From: Mobula hypostoma | Taxonomy: Eukaryota | DNA length: 64,000 nt | Direction: 5' to 3' | NCBI RefSeq assembly: GCF_963921235.1 | Contig: NC_086097.1 | Location: 202,370,001-202,434,000, forward strand | Shown: in pieces, positions 11,276 to 26,200 of the stretch | Position numbering within the stretch: the stretch's first letter is position 1 | Layout: each line of letters begins with the position of its first letter | The notes under the pieces: model-generated | Databases searched by the model: none | The model's input: the letters and a program-made list of their open reading frames with translations, nothing else | Told to the model about the DNA's origin: nothing | Program-made: the position numbers and the translations under genes

Positions 11276-14200
11276 GTAAGAACTTTGAATGCCAGGCTTT
11301 TGTAGGGGAAATGGAGTATTGTTAGCAATTAGTACAAACAAGTTTCTTTAACTACAGAGTAGTTAGGTAGATTTTTTTAAGGCATGGTCCTAATTACATT
11401 TCCACTATATCCATGCAATCTCTTCAGTGATTTAATACTTCTTGCCACTGATTCCTTTTAATCTCTTGAATTATTTAAATTAAGAGCACATAAAGCTTGT
11501 CTTTCTCAAACTATTTCATGTTTTAGATATGTTTATGTTAAGCTGGAAATCTGAAACGTTCATAAACCATGGAGATGCCTGCAATTAAAATTACTGAAAA
11601 ATCTAAGGCAGTATGTGGCCGCTGTAGAAACCAATAAGAGTCCAGGTCACACAATGCAGTGATGCTTTTTGAGCAAAAGTGGTGAATAATTGTTAATCGT
11701 AGCTGAGGTTCAAATGAAGTGAGATTACAAGAGAATAAATGAGATGAAAAAAACAAACAATGCAGTAACTATGAGATCCAGAATACCAGAGTTGCTCGAA
11801 ATATAAAATAAAAGGAGGGAGGAGAAGATGGTGGCGTGATGCGGCGCATGCGGCCTCTCCGGTGAATGATATCATATTTGTAAGTAGGATGCCGTGCACA
11901 ATTCTGATTTGATGGAGACAGACGTGAGAAGCACGGAGGAACATCTGGAGAAACTTCTGAAATGCCCGGTTCGCTGCTGCTGCTGCTGTGCAATCGAGAA
12001 TCTCCGGAGGGGAAGGCCCCAAATCCTCGGTTTTGCCTGTTGCTGGCGGCCAGGGTTGGGGTCAAAGCGCTCGGCAGAGATGGTGCTCGGTGTCAGAGGG
12101 CTGGTTGGAGGCTCGAGGTTTTCGAATGGACTCAGAGTCGGACTGTGGTCGGGTGCTTCCAGGATGCTGCATCGGCAAGTTTGCGGCGCTGGAAGCTCAT
12201 GGCAGGGAGAGTTTTCTTCCTTCTCTCGTTTGCGTGAGATGATGGGACTTTCGAGAGACTTTGAGACTTTTTCATGGGCTGTTCTTCATCAAATTACGGT
12301 ATTGCTTGCACTGTTGTAACTATATGTTATAATTATGTGGTTTTTGACAGTTTTTTGGTCTTGGTCTGTCTTGTGTTTCTGTGATATCACACTGGAGGAA
12401 CATTGTATCATTTCTTAATGCACGCATTACTAAATGACAATAAAAGACGACTGCGTGTCCTCATAATATAATCTAATCTAATCTAAAAGAGAGTGGAGGA
12501 TTGCCTCATCAGAACTGGTCAAGTCAAGTCACTTTTTATTGTCATTTTGACCATTACTGCTGGTACAGTACACAGTAAAAACAAGACGATGTTTTTCAGG
12601 ACCATGGTGCTACATGAAACAATACAGAAACTACACTGAATTATGTAAAACAACACAAAAACTATACTAGACTACAGACCTACCCAGGACTGCATAAAGT
12701 GGACAAAACAGTGCAGGCATTGCAATAAATAATAAACAAGACAATAGGCACAGTGAGGGCAGTAGGTTGGTGTCAGTCCAGGCTCTGGGTATTGAGGAGT
12801 CTGATGGCTTGGGGGAAGAAACTGTTACATAGTCTGGTCGTGAGAGCCCAAATGCTTCAGTGCCTTTTGCCAGATGGCTGGGGGGAGAAGAGTTTGTATG
12901 AGGGGTGCGTGGGGTCCTTCATAATGTTGTTTGCTCTACAGATGCAGCGTGTGGTGTAAATGTCTGTGATAGTGGGAAGAGAGACCCCAATGATCTTCTC
13001 AGCTGACCTCACTATGCGCTGCAGAGTCTTGCCATCCGAGATGGTGCAATTTCCGAACCAGGCAGTGATGCAGCTGCCAAGGATGCTCTCAATACAACCT
13101 CTGTAGAATGTGTTGAGGATGGGGGGTGGGAGATGGACTTTTCTCAGCCTTTGCAGGAAGTAGAGACGCTGCTGGACTTCCTTTGCTGTGGAACTGGTGT
13201 TGAGGGACGAAGTGAGATTCTCCGCCAGGTGAACACCAAGAAATTTGGTGCTCTTAATGATCTCTACGGAGGAGTATTTGATGTTCAGCAGAGAGTGGTC
13301 ACTCCGTGTCCTCCTGAAGTCAACAACCATCTCTTTTGTTTTGTTCACATTCAGAGACAGGTTGTTGACTCTGCACTGGTCAGTTAGCCGCTGCACCGCC
13401 TCACTATGCTGACTCATTGTTCTTGCTGATGAGACCGACCACGGTCATGTCATCGGCGAACTTGATGATGTGGTTGATCTGATACCAGCAGAAGGGCCAA
13501 CTACCTGAAACCTACTGAATTGTTGACTCTTGGGGGCTACAAGAAGGAAGATGAGGTGTTGTTCCAATGGTTTTCAATTGACCTTAACTGGAGTAGTGTG
13601 GGATGCTGGCCTAATGGGCGTCTCCAGGGTTTTGTATTTTCATTTCCAGCATCTGAGTTACTTTTTAAATATGACCGTAAGTTTCTTGTGGTTGTGAAAT
13701 ATGCTGCTGATAATTGAATCCAGATCACATGAAGTCTATAATTCTTGCCTCATCACCATGCTTCATTGTCAACTTTTTTTTAATCACTCTTTAGATTTAT
13801 GGGATTATGTCCAGTGGAAAAAGCTTCACGGCAGCTAATTTTGGCACTTATCCATGAGTCATTATTCTGATTCTGGCTGTCTTTGTAAACTAACAATAAG
13901 TTCTTTACTTTGCTGTTCTGCACAGATGTTTTAAGGAATCACATTAGCCAAAAAAAAGTCATGAATAATTGTAAATCTGCAGATTTTCTGTCTAATGAAT
14001 TACTGAATCCTACAGAATTAGCAGAATTCATGGGATCTGTTAAGAGGTTTTGTCAGGCCTGCACAGACAGGCTCCTCCTCGTCTCTCCCTAGCTATCAGG
14101 AGTCACCTGCCACTTGTTTCCAACGCATCACCTGCAGCCTATTTAAACCACAGTCTTTGTTCACCCATTGAACTAGTCAGCCTCAACCAGTTGCTCCTTG

Positions 14201-17200
14201 GCTTTGCTTACCTGGTTACTGTGTTGTGGGGTCACTTCTCTTGCCTTATCACTAAACTGTTAGCTCAAGGTATCTTCACCTCATGTTCTTGATATTTATT
14301 GCTTATTTATTATTGTTCCTTTTTTCTTTCTTTTTGTATTTACACAGTTTTTTTTGTCTTCTGCACAGTGGTTATCTTCCTTTTTGTGTACTCTTTCATT
14401 GATTCAATTGGTGCTAGATGTCATCAGGGAATTTGGGACCCTTGCAGTGGAGTGTAGTTGGAATATGGAATTGTTACGAGCCCACTACCATCACAGCCTC
14501 TTGGAGTTCTTCAGAGATGAACTGTCTACACAGGAGATGCCTATGGACCTTGAAAGCCTTGTCACTCTGCCCCTGTATGTTGACAAGCATCTTATGGGAT
14601 CGCCACATCACCATTTCAGGCTGCAGAACCTGCATCATTTCCTCCAGAACCCATACAACTCCCTAAACCATCTCAAGAGGATGAGCACATACTACAGAGC
14701 ATGTCTGTGTGGGAATGGGAAGTGCAAAAAAAAGGCTCGCCTTTTACCCCCGGCATTCAATATTCTGAGCTGCTTTCATTCTCGTCCTAATGAAGGATCT
14801 TGACCCAAAACATAGATTGTATTTTCCTGACCTGCTGAGTTCCTTCAGCATTTTGTGTTGCTCCAGATTTCCACTGTCTTCAGCCCTTGTAGTGTTCTCT
14901 AGTTTATTTTTGCAGATTTTTGATTTCTCTGGCATCTTTTCTTTGTGTAAAGCTTCCCCAAATGGCATCAGTGTTATTGGTATGAAAATTGACTCACAGA
15001 ACAGCCAGGTTTAACTAATGGGTACCTTGAAAATGTCATGGATCTCAATCATTGCATCATACATGTACCTTGATAGTTTCTCCTATGGAGATCAGTCATG
15101 TTTACTAACAGGTGCCTAACCTTGGAATCATTCCAGCCTGAATACTTGGTTTACTGTTTTCTGCTGCATTAAGGAGGTCTACTTTTCCTTAAACTATAGG
15201 AGCAGACAGAGTAGGCATATGCCTTTGGTGACCTTGCAGACTTCCCCAAAATGTATTATTTAAACTTGGACTACATTCACCTGCATGTGGAGACACCTGA
15301 CTATTGTTCTTGGTTATCATTATGATCACCGGTTTCAAAAAAAAACAACTGCAGCCAACAAAATTGTTTAAGTACCTGTCCAAGTCGTCTGACCCTTGAA
15401 TACGTATGCTCAAGCTGCTTCTATCATTGCAGTGTCTGTTCATTTCGTTGGAACACGTCTCATGAGCTGGAAGGGGGTGGCATGTATTGCTGGACATTGC
15501 AAAGAGCTGGATGCAGATAGCTGACCTGCTGTGCTGAATGTCAGCCGCTGTGAGAACTAGCAATGTGTCAGTCAGACAAGGTAGTTTTGATTCAGTTTTA
15601 CATAGGGAAATTCAAAAGCGCTCTGCTGTGAACATTGCAACTGAAGGTCTTACTCTTAATGTAACCAATAAACAACATTCAGGTGACTCGCAACACTGCT
15701 TTAATGCTGTCAAAAAGTAGTAAAGCACTTGCCTTGTGTGGATTTGTTTTTGTGTATAGTTATGCACGCCTTGGAGAGTGGTTAATAGAAAAAATTAACA
15801 AAACAAAGCACAGAATGAAATAATCCTAATGGTTAGGAATGACATTGGTCTTTCCAATGTTGTAAAATACATCTTTTCGCCATTAAAGTAAGAAATGCAA
15901 TCATTCTACGGGCTGAAGGGGAAAGATTACTAGAAATTTTAGGTAGTCCAAAGATAGCAGTAATAGGGTGAGGAGAGATATCTATATTTAATACCTTAGA
16001 AATAATATTGAAAATATCTCTCCAAAAAGTTTCCAAAGTAGGGCAAGACCAAAACATATGAGTTAAAGAGGCTATCTGCCCCGAACATCTATCACAGAAA
16101 GGATTAATATGCGAGTAAAAACGCGCTAACTTATCTTTGGACATATGTGCTCTATGCACCACTTTAAATTGAATTAGGGAATGTTTAGCACAAATAAAGG
16201 AAGTATTAACTAATTGTAAAATCTGCCCCCAATCATCCACAGAAATGGTAAGCCCCAATTCCTGTTCCCAATCTACCCTAATCTTATCAAATGGAGCTTT
16301 CCTGAGTTTCATAATAATATTATAAATCATAGCCGATGCACCTTTCTGACATGGATTAAGGTTAATTATCGAATCTAAAATATATATAGGAGGAAGCATT
16401 GGAAAGGAAGGAAGTATAGTACTTAGAAAATTTCTAACTTGTAAATATCTAAAAAAATGTATTCTTGATAGGTTAGATTTATTAGAGTTTAATGCTCCAA
16501 CTACCTTTTTTTGGTTTTCTCAGACGATTTTATGTTTGAATCTGGAGAAAATTAGAAGTAACCTTTATGATTCTTCATTTAAATTTGAACAGATTTGGGG
16601 ACCTTTTATTCGATATTTTCATTTAATGTAATATTTACCCTTCTTGTTTTTTTTTCACTGTTTTAATGGAGGTCGGGATTGAGGACGTGATTTTAAGGTT
16701 AACTCTGTTTGGTTTCAAGTTAGCCCATTGCTTTGCTTTGCTTTTAGTTAGTTGCACGGTGGGTTTTTTTTTTGGGTTTTTTTTTTCTTTTTTTCCATTG
16801 ATATATATAAAATCTAGTATACTATTATGTTATCTTGGTTTCTTATGCTTAAATTACATTGTAGTATTTTCTTTTTGGTATTGTTATCTTTTGGAATTTT
16901 ATTATACTTTAACATTGTATTAATGTTTATATGGCTTACCTTTTTTGTATACTTACTCAATAAAAAGATTTAAAAAGAAAGAAAGGAATGACATTGGTAA
17001 TAAAGTATAACTTGACATATTAAGGAAGGTCTGAGCATTAAGAAATACAAATTGATATGATAGGACAAGGCAGAATATTGAAGTTTTCATTGATATTAAC
17101 AGTCATAGTGTAAGATTACAAACTGGTTGGTAAAATAATTTATACATGATGCATGACTGAATAGAAAGTGATAATTAAAAACTGATAGAACAAATCTATC

Positions 17201-20200
17201 CAATGTAGTTTATTTTTTTGACCGATGTTCTCAGGAATGCCATTTGGATTAATGTTCACCCACCTTAAAGGAGTGGATAGGAAACCATCAATAATAGAGG
17301 AGCTTGCAATAGTATTATACATTTCATGTCCTTAGGATGGCTCAAAATGATTCACTGTAAATTAATTCTTTGTGATGTACAGCCTTTCTGCTTTGTACGG
17401 AAAACAACTGAGGAAAATAACAAAATGAATTGAACGGAAATAATGAATAGCTCCGGGGACCAGTGAATGAAAGATATTGGATCTATACATACCTAAAAAC
17501 ATTTGAGAAATGCTTCAATATATGTCATGTATAATTAATTTCTTTCATCTGAAGTAACTTACCAAATGCAGTGGTCAATTTAGACACAATAAAATCTCAG
17601 AGTATGGATATCTAACCATTTTTAAGCCATTTCTGCTGGAACTGGATGAGAAAGAAGTGTTGACTACTGGTGCCATGGGATATTTAGGGTCCATGTCATG
17701 TGTTAATTTATGGAACTCATCTGATGATTAAACCTTTTGGAAGGCATAGCACTGCAGTGAATTTGTATTCAATTTTGCACATTGAACACCACTGAAGGGA
17801 AAACCTTAATGGGCAGCCAAGTTCTCCCCCCCCCCCCCCAACAGTGAAATAAGTGGAATATTGTTTGGATGGATGGAGTCCAAGAATGCTGCTTTGAAAA
17901 TAAATTGTATATTAAGCACAGGAAATAAGCATGCTGGAATAGCAAGTGATCAGGGTGGAAGATGAAATGTAGGATTTTACCCAAATCCAGTTGACATGAT
18001 CACAACTGGAGTACTGAGTATAACTTGGGTCTTACTTAAGACAGAATATATTTGCATTAGGGTCTATTTAGACAATGGTTCACTCTGTTGATTCCTAGGA
18101 CAGAGTTGTTTTATGAGGACATTCTTAAGAATGAGAAATAAACTTGCTGAAACATAAGATTCAGGAGAGTCTTGAAATGGTAGATGCTCCCTTTGTGAGG
18201 GAATCTAAAATTAGGGTGTACAGTTTTAAAGTAAGGTCTTGTTCAGATAAGATAAAGAAGAATTTTCTTTCCTCTATGGAGAATCATAGTACTTTATCTC
18301 AAGGCAGTGAAAGTGAATTTTGATTTTATTCAAGGCTTGGCGATAAAGATTTTTGTGCTGCAGGGGATTTAGGAGTAATGGGGTCAAAGCAGAAAATGGA
18401 ATTAATCCCCCCAGATCAAATTGACTTTTATATTATTGGATAGTCGGACAGGCTGAAGGTGCCGTATGGAAAACTGTTGCTCCTATTTGTCATGTAACTC
18501 TCAGAGGCATTTAATAAGACTTTGAACCATCTTTACCACAGAAGGAAATTGGTGAATTTTGAGGTGACTGAGAATGAGATGAACTTCTGATAAATGAAAT
18601 ACAATTTCCATTTAAGTTGTTTAAACAAGAAGAGATAAATTGCTGAGAGCTGATGGGATATATCATTTTGTACAAGGTTTGAAGGAATCAGAAAGAATAG
18701 CAAATATGGTACTCAAGGTAATGTGCATAGTATAAGAAATAAGGTGGATGATCTTGTTGCACTATTATAGATTGCCAGGTATGATGTTGTGGCCATCACT
18801 GAATCGTGGCTGAAGGGTGGTTGTAGTTGGGAGCTGAATGTCCAAGGTTACACATTTTATTAGAGGGACAGGAAGGTCGGCAGAGGGGTGGCGTGGCTCT
18901 ACTGGTAAAGAATGGCATGAAATCAGTAGAAAGATGTGACATAGGATTGGAAGATGTTGAGTCCTTGTGGGTTGAGCTAAGAAACTGCAAGGGTTAAAAG
19001 GACATTGATGGCAGTTATATACAGGCCTCCCAACTGTGGCTGAAAGGTGGACTACATTACAACAGGAAATAGAAAAGGCCAGTCAAAAGGGCAATGTTAT
19101 GGGAGTCATGGGAGATTTTAACATGTAGGTGGATTGGGGAAAATCAGGTTGGTTATGGATGTCGAGAGTGAGTTTGTTGAATGCCTAAGAGATGCCTTTT
19201 TAGAGCAGTTTGTTGTTGAGCCTACGAGGTGATCAGCTATTCTGGATTGGGTGTTACGTAATGAACCGGAGACTATTAGAGAGCTTAAGGTAAAATAACC
19301 CTTAGGAACCAATGATCACAAGATGATTGAGTTCAACTAGAAATTTAATAGGGAGAAAGTCAAGTCTGATGTAGCAGTATTTCAGTGGAGTAAGGGAAAT
19401 TACAGTAGTATGAGAGAGGAGTTGGCCAAAGTAAATTGGAAGGAGCTACTGGCAGGGATGTCAGCAGAGCAGCAATGGCATGAGTTTCTGGGGAAAATGA
19501 GGAAGGTGCAGGAAATATGTATTTCAAAAGTGAAGAAATTTACTCAAGTAGTAAAATAGTGTAACCGTGGTTAAAAGGGAAGTCAAAGCTTTTGTAAAAA
19601 CATGAAAGCATAAAAGCACAACAAAGCAGAAATTAGTGGGAAGATAGAGGATTGGGAAGTTCTTAAAAACTTACAGAGAGCAACTAAAAAAATCATTAGA
19701 AGGGAAAAGATGAAATATGAAAGCAAGCTAGCAAATAATATTAAAGTGGAAAGTAAAAGTTTTTTCAAGTATGGTAAAAATAAAAGTGAAATGAGAGTAG
19801 ACATAGGACCGCTAGAAAATGAGGCAGGAGAAATAATAACGGGGGACAAGCAGATGGCTGATGAAGTAAATGAGTATTTTGCATTAGTCTTCACAGTGGA
19901 AAACACTAGCAGTATGCCTGATGTTGTAGTGTGTCAAGGAAGAGAAGTGGGTGCAGTTACTACTACAAGAGAGAAGGTACTCAAAAAGCTGAAAGATCTA
20001 AATTATCCAGGCCAGATGAGCTGCATCCTGGGGTTCTGAAAGAGATAGTGTTAGAGATTGTGGTGACATTAGAAATAATCTTTCAAGCATCATTGGACAC
20101 TGACAGGGTGCCAGGGGACTGGAAAATTGCAAATGTCACTCCATGCTTTAAGAAAGGAGGAAGGCAGCAGAAACATCAGTTAGCCTTATCTCAGTGGTTG

Positions 20201-23200
20201 GGAAGATGTTGGAGTCAATTGTTAAGGATGAAGCGATGGAGTACTTGGTGACACAGGACAAGATAGTAAAAAGTCAGCATGGTTTCCTTCAGGAAAAATC
20301 CTGCCTGACGAACCTGTTGGAATTCTTTGAGCAGATTACAAGTAGGATAGGGGAAGCAGTGGATGTTGTATATTTGTACTTTCAGAAGGCCTTTGACAAG
20401 GTGCCATACATGAGGCTGTTTACCAAGTCAAGAGCCCATTGTATTACACGAAAGTTTGCAGATGATATGAAGATTGGTGGAGGGGCAGGTAATGTTGAGG
20501 AAATAGATAGGATGCAGAAGGACTTGGACAGATTAGGAGAATGGGCAAGAAAGTGACAAAATGAAATACAATGTTGGAAAATGCATGGTCATGCACTTTA
20601 GTAGTAGAAACAAATATGCAGACTATTTTCTAAACGGGGAGAAATTCCAAAAATCTGAGATGCAAAGGGACTTAGGAGTCCTTGTGCAGAACACCCTAAA
20701 GGGTAACCTGCAGGTTGAGTTGGTGATGAAGAAGGCAAATGCCATGTTGGCATTCATTTCAAGAGGTCTAGAATACAAAAGCAGGGATGTGATGCTGAGG
20801 CTTTACAAGGCACTGGTGAGGCCTCACCTTGAGTATTGTGAACACTTCTTGGTCCCTCATCTTAGAAAAGATGTATTGGCATTGAAGAGGGTCCAAAGGA
20901 GGTTCACAAGAGTGATTCCAGGAATGAAAGGGTTATCATACAAAGAATGTTTAATGGCTCTAGGTCTACTCACTGGAATTCAGAAGGATGAGGGGGGATC
21001 TCATTGAAACCTTTCAAATGTTGAAAGGCCTAGACAGAGTATAATCATATAACAATTACAGCATGGAAACAGGCCATCTCGGCCCTTCTAGTCTGTGCCG
21101 AACGCTTACTCTCACCTAGTCCCATCAACCTGCACTCAGCCCATAATCCTCCATTCCTTTCCTGTCCATATATCTATCCAATTTTTTTTTTAAATGACAA
21201 AATTGAACCTGCCTTTACCACTTCTGCTGGAAGCTCGTTCCACACAGCTACCACTCTCTGAGTAAAGAAGTTCCCCTCGTGTTACCCCTAAACTTTTGCC
21301 CTTTAACTCTCAACTCATGTCCTCTTGTTTGAATCTCCCCCACTCTCAATGGGAAAAGCCTATCCACGTCAACTCTATCTATCCCCCTCATAATTTTAAA
21401 TACCTCTATCAAGTCCGCCTTCAACCTTCTTCGCTCCAAAGAATAAAGACCTAACTTGTTCAACCTTTCTTTGTAACTTAGGTGCTGAAACCCAGGTAAC
21501 ATTCTAGTAAATCTCCTCTGTACTCTCTCTATTTTGTTGACATCTTTCCTATAATTCGGTGACCAAAACTGTACCCAATACTCCAAATTTGGCCTCACCA
21601 ATGCCTTGTACAATTTCAACATTACATCCCAACTCTTATACTCAATGCTCTGATTTATAATGGCCAGCATACCAAAAGCTTTCTTCACCACCCTATCCAC
21701 ATGAGATTCCACCTTCAGGGAACTATGCATCATTATTCCTAGATCCCTCTGTTCTGCTGCATTCCTCAATGCCCTACTGTTTACCATGTATGTCCTATCT
21801 TGATTAGTCCTACCAAAATGGAGCACCTCACATTTATCAGCATTAAACTCCATCTGCCCTCTTTCAGCCCACTCTTCTAACTGGCCTAAATCTCTCTGCA
21901 AGCTTTGAAAACCTACTTCATTATCCACAATGCCACATACCTTAGTATCATCTGCATACTTACTAATCTAATTTACCACCCCGTCATCCAGATCATTAAT
22001 GTATATAACAAACAACGTTGGACCCAGTACAGATCCCAGAGTAGATGTGGAAAGAATGTTTCCTATGGTGGGAGAGTCTAGGACAAGAGGGCGCAGCCTC
22101 AGGATAGAGGAGTGCCCTTTCAAAATGGGCGTGGAGAAATTACCTCAGCTAAAGGGTGGTGAATTTGTTGCCACATGCAGCTGTGAAGGCCAGGTCGTTG
22201 AGTGTATTTAAGGCAGAGATTGATAGGTTCTTGATTGGACATGGCATCAAAGGTTATCGGGAGAAGGCTGGGAACTGGGGTTGAGAAGGAGAGAAAAAAA
22301 AGGATCAGCCATGATTGAATGGCGGAGCAGGCTTGATGGGCCAGATGGCCTAATTCTGCTCCTATGTCTTATGGAATCCTCTAGCAGTTCAAAGATGATG
22401 CCAAAATAGTTAATTCTTAGGAAGGTTTTTGGAAAAAGTAGAAATATATTGATATGTTATGGAATAAGCCAAAAGAAGTGTTAGCAAGTGTGACGTTTAT
22501 TAATTGACATACAGCACGGAGTAGGCCTTTCAGGTCCTTCAAGCCATGCCACCCATTAATCCCCCAGTTTTAATCCTGGCCTAATCACGGGACAATTTAC
22601 AATGACCAATGAATCTGCCAACCAGTACATCATTGGACTGTGGGAGGAAATTGGAGCACCCCAAGGAAACCCATACGGTCATGGGGAGAACATACATTCT
22701 TCCTACTGGCAGTGATGGCAATTGAACTCAGGTCACTGGTACTGTATGGGTTGTGCTAACTACAATGCTACCTGGCGACATGAGTGTATTAATTTTTTTT
22801 AAAACTTGCCTCTTTCAAAGAACCGTCGGGCTCTCTGAGCGAGTGTTCCCCAGCTCAGTAAAGTTCACAGTTTTTGGCATTTGATATTTTATTATGAATA
22901 TTGTGATTATTTCTGCAGTAAGATATTCTTCCACCTTTGTTCAATTCAGGGGCCCAGGACTTGGATCGCATTCGTTTATCCACTTACAGGACAGCATGTA
23001 AGCTTCGATTTGTGCAGAAAAAATGTAATGGTAAGTATGTTTCAAAATGCAGCTTTTTGGTTACTTACGTAGAAACATAACAAACCTACAGCACAATACA
23101 GGCCCTTCGGCCCACAATGCTGTGCCAAACATGTACCGACTTTAGAAATTACCTAGGGTTACCCATAGCCATCTATTTTTCTAAGCTCCATATACCTATC

Positions 23201-26200
23201 TAGGAGTCTCTTAAAAAGCCCCTATCATATCTTCCTCCACCACCATTGCCAGTAGCCCATTCCACACACTCACCACTCTGTGTTTTTAAAAAAAAGCTTA
23301 CCCCTGACATTTCCTCGGTACCTACTTCCAAGCAGCTGTTCCCAAGCTGCTACAACGCCTTTGTGAAATTGATGAAATTGATGCAAGACGAAGGAAGGCA
23401 AATTCTTGTTAAAGATTTTTTTTCTCCTTAACTTATTTAGTATCCACCTCTGATAATCTGGACAGGACCAAAAAATTGAATACACTAAATTATGCATGCA
23501 AGCCTGCATCTCACTCACTTTCAAAGACTCTACAACTCAGGTTCTCAGTATTATGTATTTATTTATCTATTTTGTTGCTATATCATTATTATTTTGTTTA
23601 CACAGTTGGTCTGTTGATCTTTTGCACATTGGTTGTTAGTCTTTGTAGCTTTTCATTGATTCATTTGCACTTTGTTCTACTGCAAGAAAATGAATCTCAG
23701 GATAGTATTCATTGATATATGCGTACTTTGATGATAAATTTACTTTGGACTTTGATCTTGCCACTCTACGACATTGCAACTTTTCATCTTGACCAAATGG
23801 CCTACAACAACGTGGAATCTTTAATGCAGTAAACATTACATTGTGTTTCACAGGGGAAGATTGAGTTCAAGAATAGTTACTATCCCTCAACCATCAGGCT
23901 CTTGAACAAAGGGGGGTGACTACACTTATTCTTTTTCTGGTGTTCCTCAACCAGAGATCTCACTTTCGGGGCCCTTTATTTTGTTATTCATGCTCTTGTT
24001 ATTTCTTGCTATTAACTTATATTTGAATTTGCACAGTTTGTTGTTCATTGATCCTGTATACAGTTACTGTTCTCTAGATTTGCTGAGTATGCCTGCAGGA
24101 AAAAGAATCTCCCAGTTGTATGTATGACATGTATGTACTCTGATAATTTTTACTCTGAACTTTGAGTGGAAAACAGTTACAGAAATTGGGAAGCATAAGG
24201 AGAGGGTTAGGTTCTGCGCAGAATTTAATGTTCAAACTTGTCTAGACCTAGAGTAGAAACGACACCCTTGGGGCCAGCTTTGATGTCTCTCAAAGCCTGG
24301 TCTCGCTTTACTGTCGGAGGGTGTAGTGAAGATGTCATTCCCATTCACTCTTACTCTTGGCGCCATCTGATTGATGTCCTTGATCTGTCTTTGGATTGTC
24401 TCCTCCCCTCACTCCATCTTGTCACCTGTTACTAAACTACATCTCCCTAACCTTGTTCCAGCTCCATTCTCTACCTTTCCATCACTATCAGCCCTCCTAA
24501 TCCTCTTTCCCTCACCCTCAACCCCTTCATGGTCTTTCTAAATTCCATTTTTATTCCATAACACATTATCTTCTCCCAATTGGCAGAAGGCTTTGGCAGG
24601 AAATTCAATCAAACACCATCTCTCGGTACTTTGCATAGTAGCATACCCATGACTGGGAGTCAATTACAGTTTCAATGGGCAAAGCCAGCACAAAGCCCAG
24701 AGATAAATGTACCTGGCTTTGAGGGAAGTTTCCAGTCTGTAATAAGGACAATGTTCAATAAAAATTATGCCAAGGATATACGAGGCCTGTCAGTATACTG
24801 CATATGCTGAGAGAGGAGATTTAGAGATTGGTTTTTATTAATCGATATTTTTATTGTATTAATGATTGTCGGTCACCTGAATACTGTTTGTGAAAATGAT
24901 GCAAAGACAAGAACTTAAATTTGTGAGTTCACAAAGAATGTCAAAAAATGCAGCTATCAGCATGTGCAGCCTTTCCAGGTAGCTGGACATATTGTATCAT
25001 AAGAAAATCTTCCAGTAATAGTGTTGTCTTGCTGTTGTATGAATGGATGCTACACTGATGGAAGGAGAGTGGCAGTCTGCTCCCAAGGACTCTGAGGCTC
25101 AGGCAGGTGAAATACAGTTCCTGTAAGAGAAGTGTTCTTACACTCTGGAAACCATGGAAATCCCCTTAGCCAATTCCTTCTGCCAGGAAGGTACGTTTTT
25201 TTAAAAACCCTAGTGTAAGAAGTTGTGTGAAAGAAGTTTACCTCCTTGTGATGAAGTTGTGGCGAAATTTAGTGGTGTTTGTATTGGATTAAACCTCCCA
25301 TAAATATTGATAAACAATCTCAAAGCTATTAGGATTTAGCTGAGAACCATTAGGAAATTTCTGGATTGTCGAAAACAAATTTCCTTTATTGTAACACACA
25401 TCAAAGTTGCTGGTGAACGCAGCAGGCCAGGCAGCATCTCTAGGAAGAGGTACAGTTGACGTTTCAGGCCGAGACCCTTCGTCATGACTAACTGAAGGAA
25501 GAGTTCGTAAGAGATTTGAAAGTGGGAGGGGCAGGGGGAGATCCAAAATGATAGGAGAAGACAGGAGGGGGAGGGATGGAGCCAAGAACTGGACAGGTGA
25601 TTGGCAAAGGGGATATGAGAGGATCATGGGACAGGAGACCCAGGGAGAAAGAGAAGGGTGGGGGGAAACCCAGAGGATGGGCAAGGGGTATAGTCAGAGG
25701 GACAGAGGGAGAAAAAGGAGAGAGAGAGAAAGAATGTGTGTATAAAAATAAATAACAGATGGAGTACGAGGGGGAGGTGGGGCATTAGCAGAAGTTAGAG
25801 AAGTCAATGTTCATGCCATCAGGTTGGAGGCTACCCAGATGGAATATAAAGTGTTGTATAATATAACACCTCATATTCTTTCTGGGTAACAACACCTTAT
25901 ATTCCGTCTGGGTAAAAACACCTTATATTCCGTCTGGGTAGCCTCCAACCTGATGGCATGAACATTGACTTCTCTAACTTCTGCTAATGCCCCACCTCCC
26001 CCTCGTACCCCATCCGTTATTTATTTTTATACACACATTCTTTCTCTCACTCTTCTTTTTCTCCCTCTGTCCCTCTGACTATACCCCTTGCCCATCCTCT
26101 GGGATCCCCCCCCCCCTTGCCAATCACCTGTCCAGCTCTTGGCTCCATCCGTCCCTCTCCTGTCTTCTCCTATCATTTTGGATCTCCCCCTGCCCCTCCC

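Noticed and set aside
11769..12319. GC-rich cluster of overlapping ORFs resembling a CpG-island promoter or gene
   Set aside because: It lies within a retroelement with a tandem-repeat tail; there are no protein motifs or exon structure.
22700..22772. tRNA gene
   Set aside because: The A and B boxes belong to a SINE head; no cloverleaf was evident.
25865..25940. Three 24-nt direct repeats as a CRISPR-like array
   Set aside because: The spacers are only 2 nt, the context is eukaryotic, and the repeat is Penelope coding sequence.
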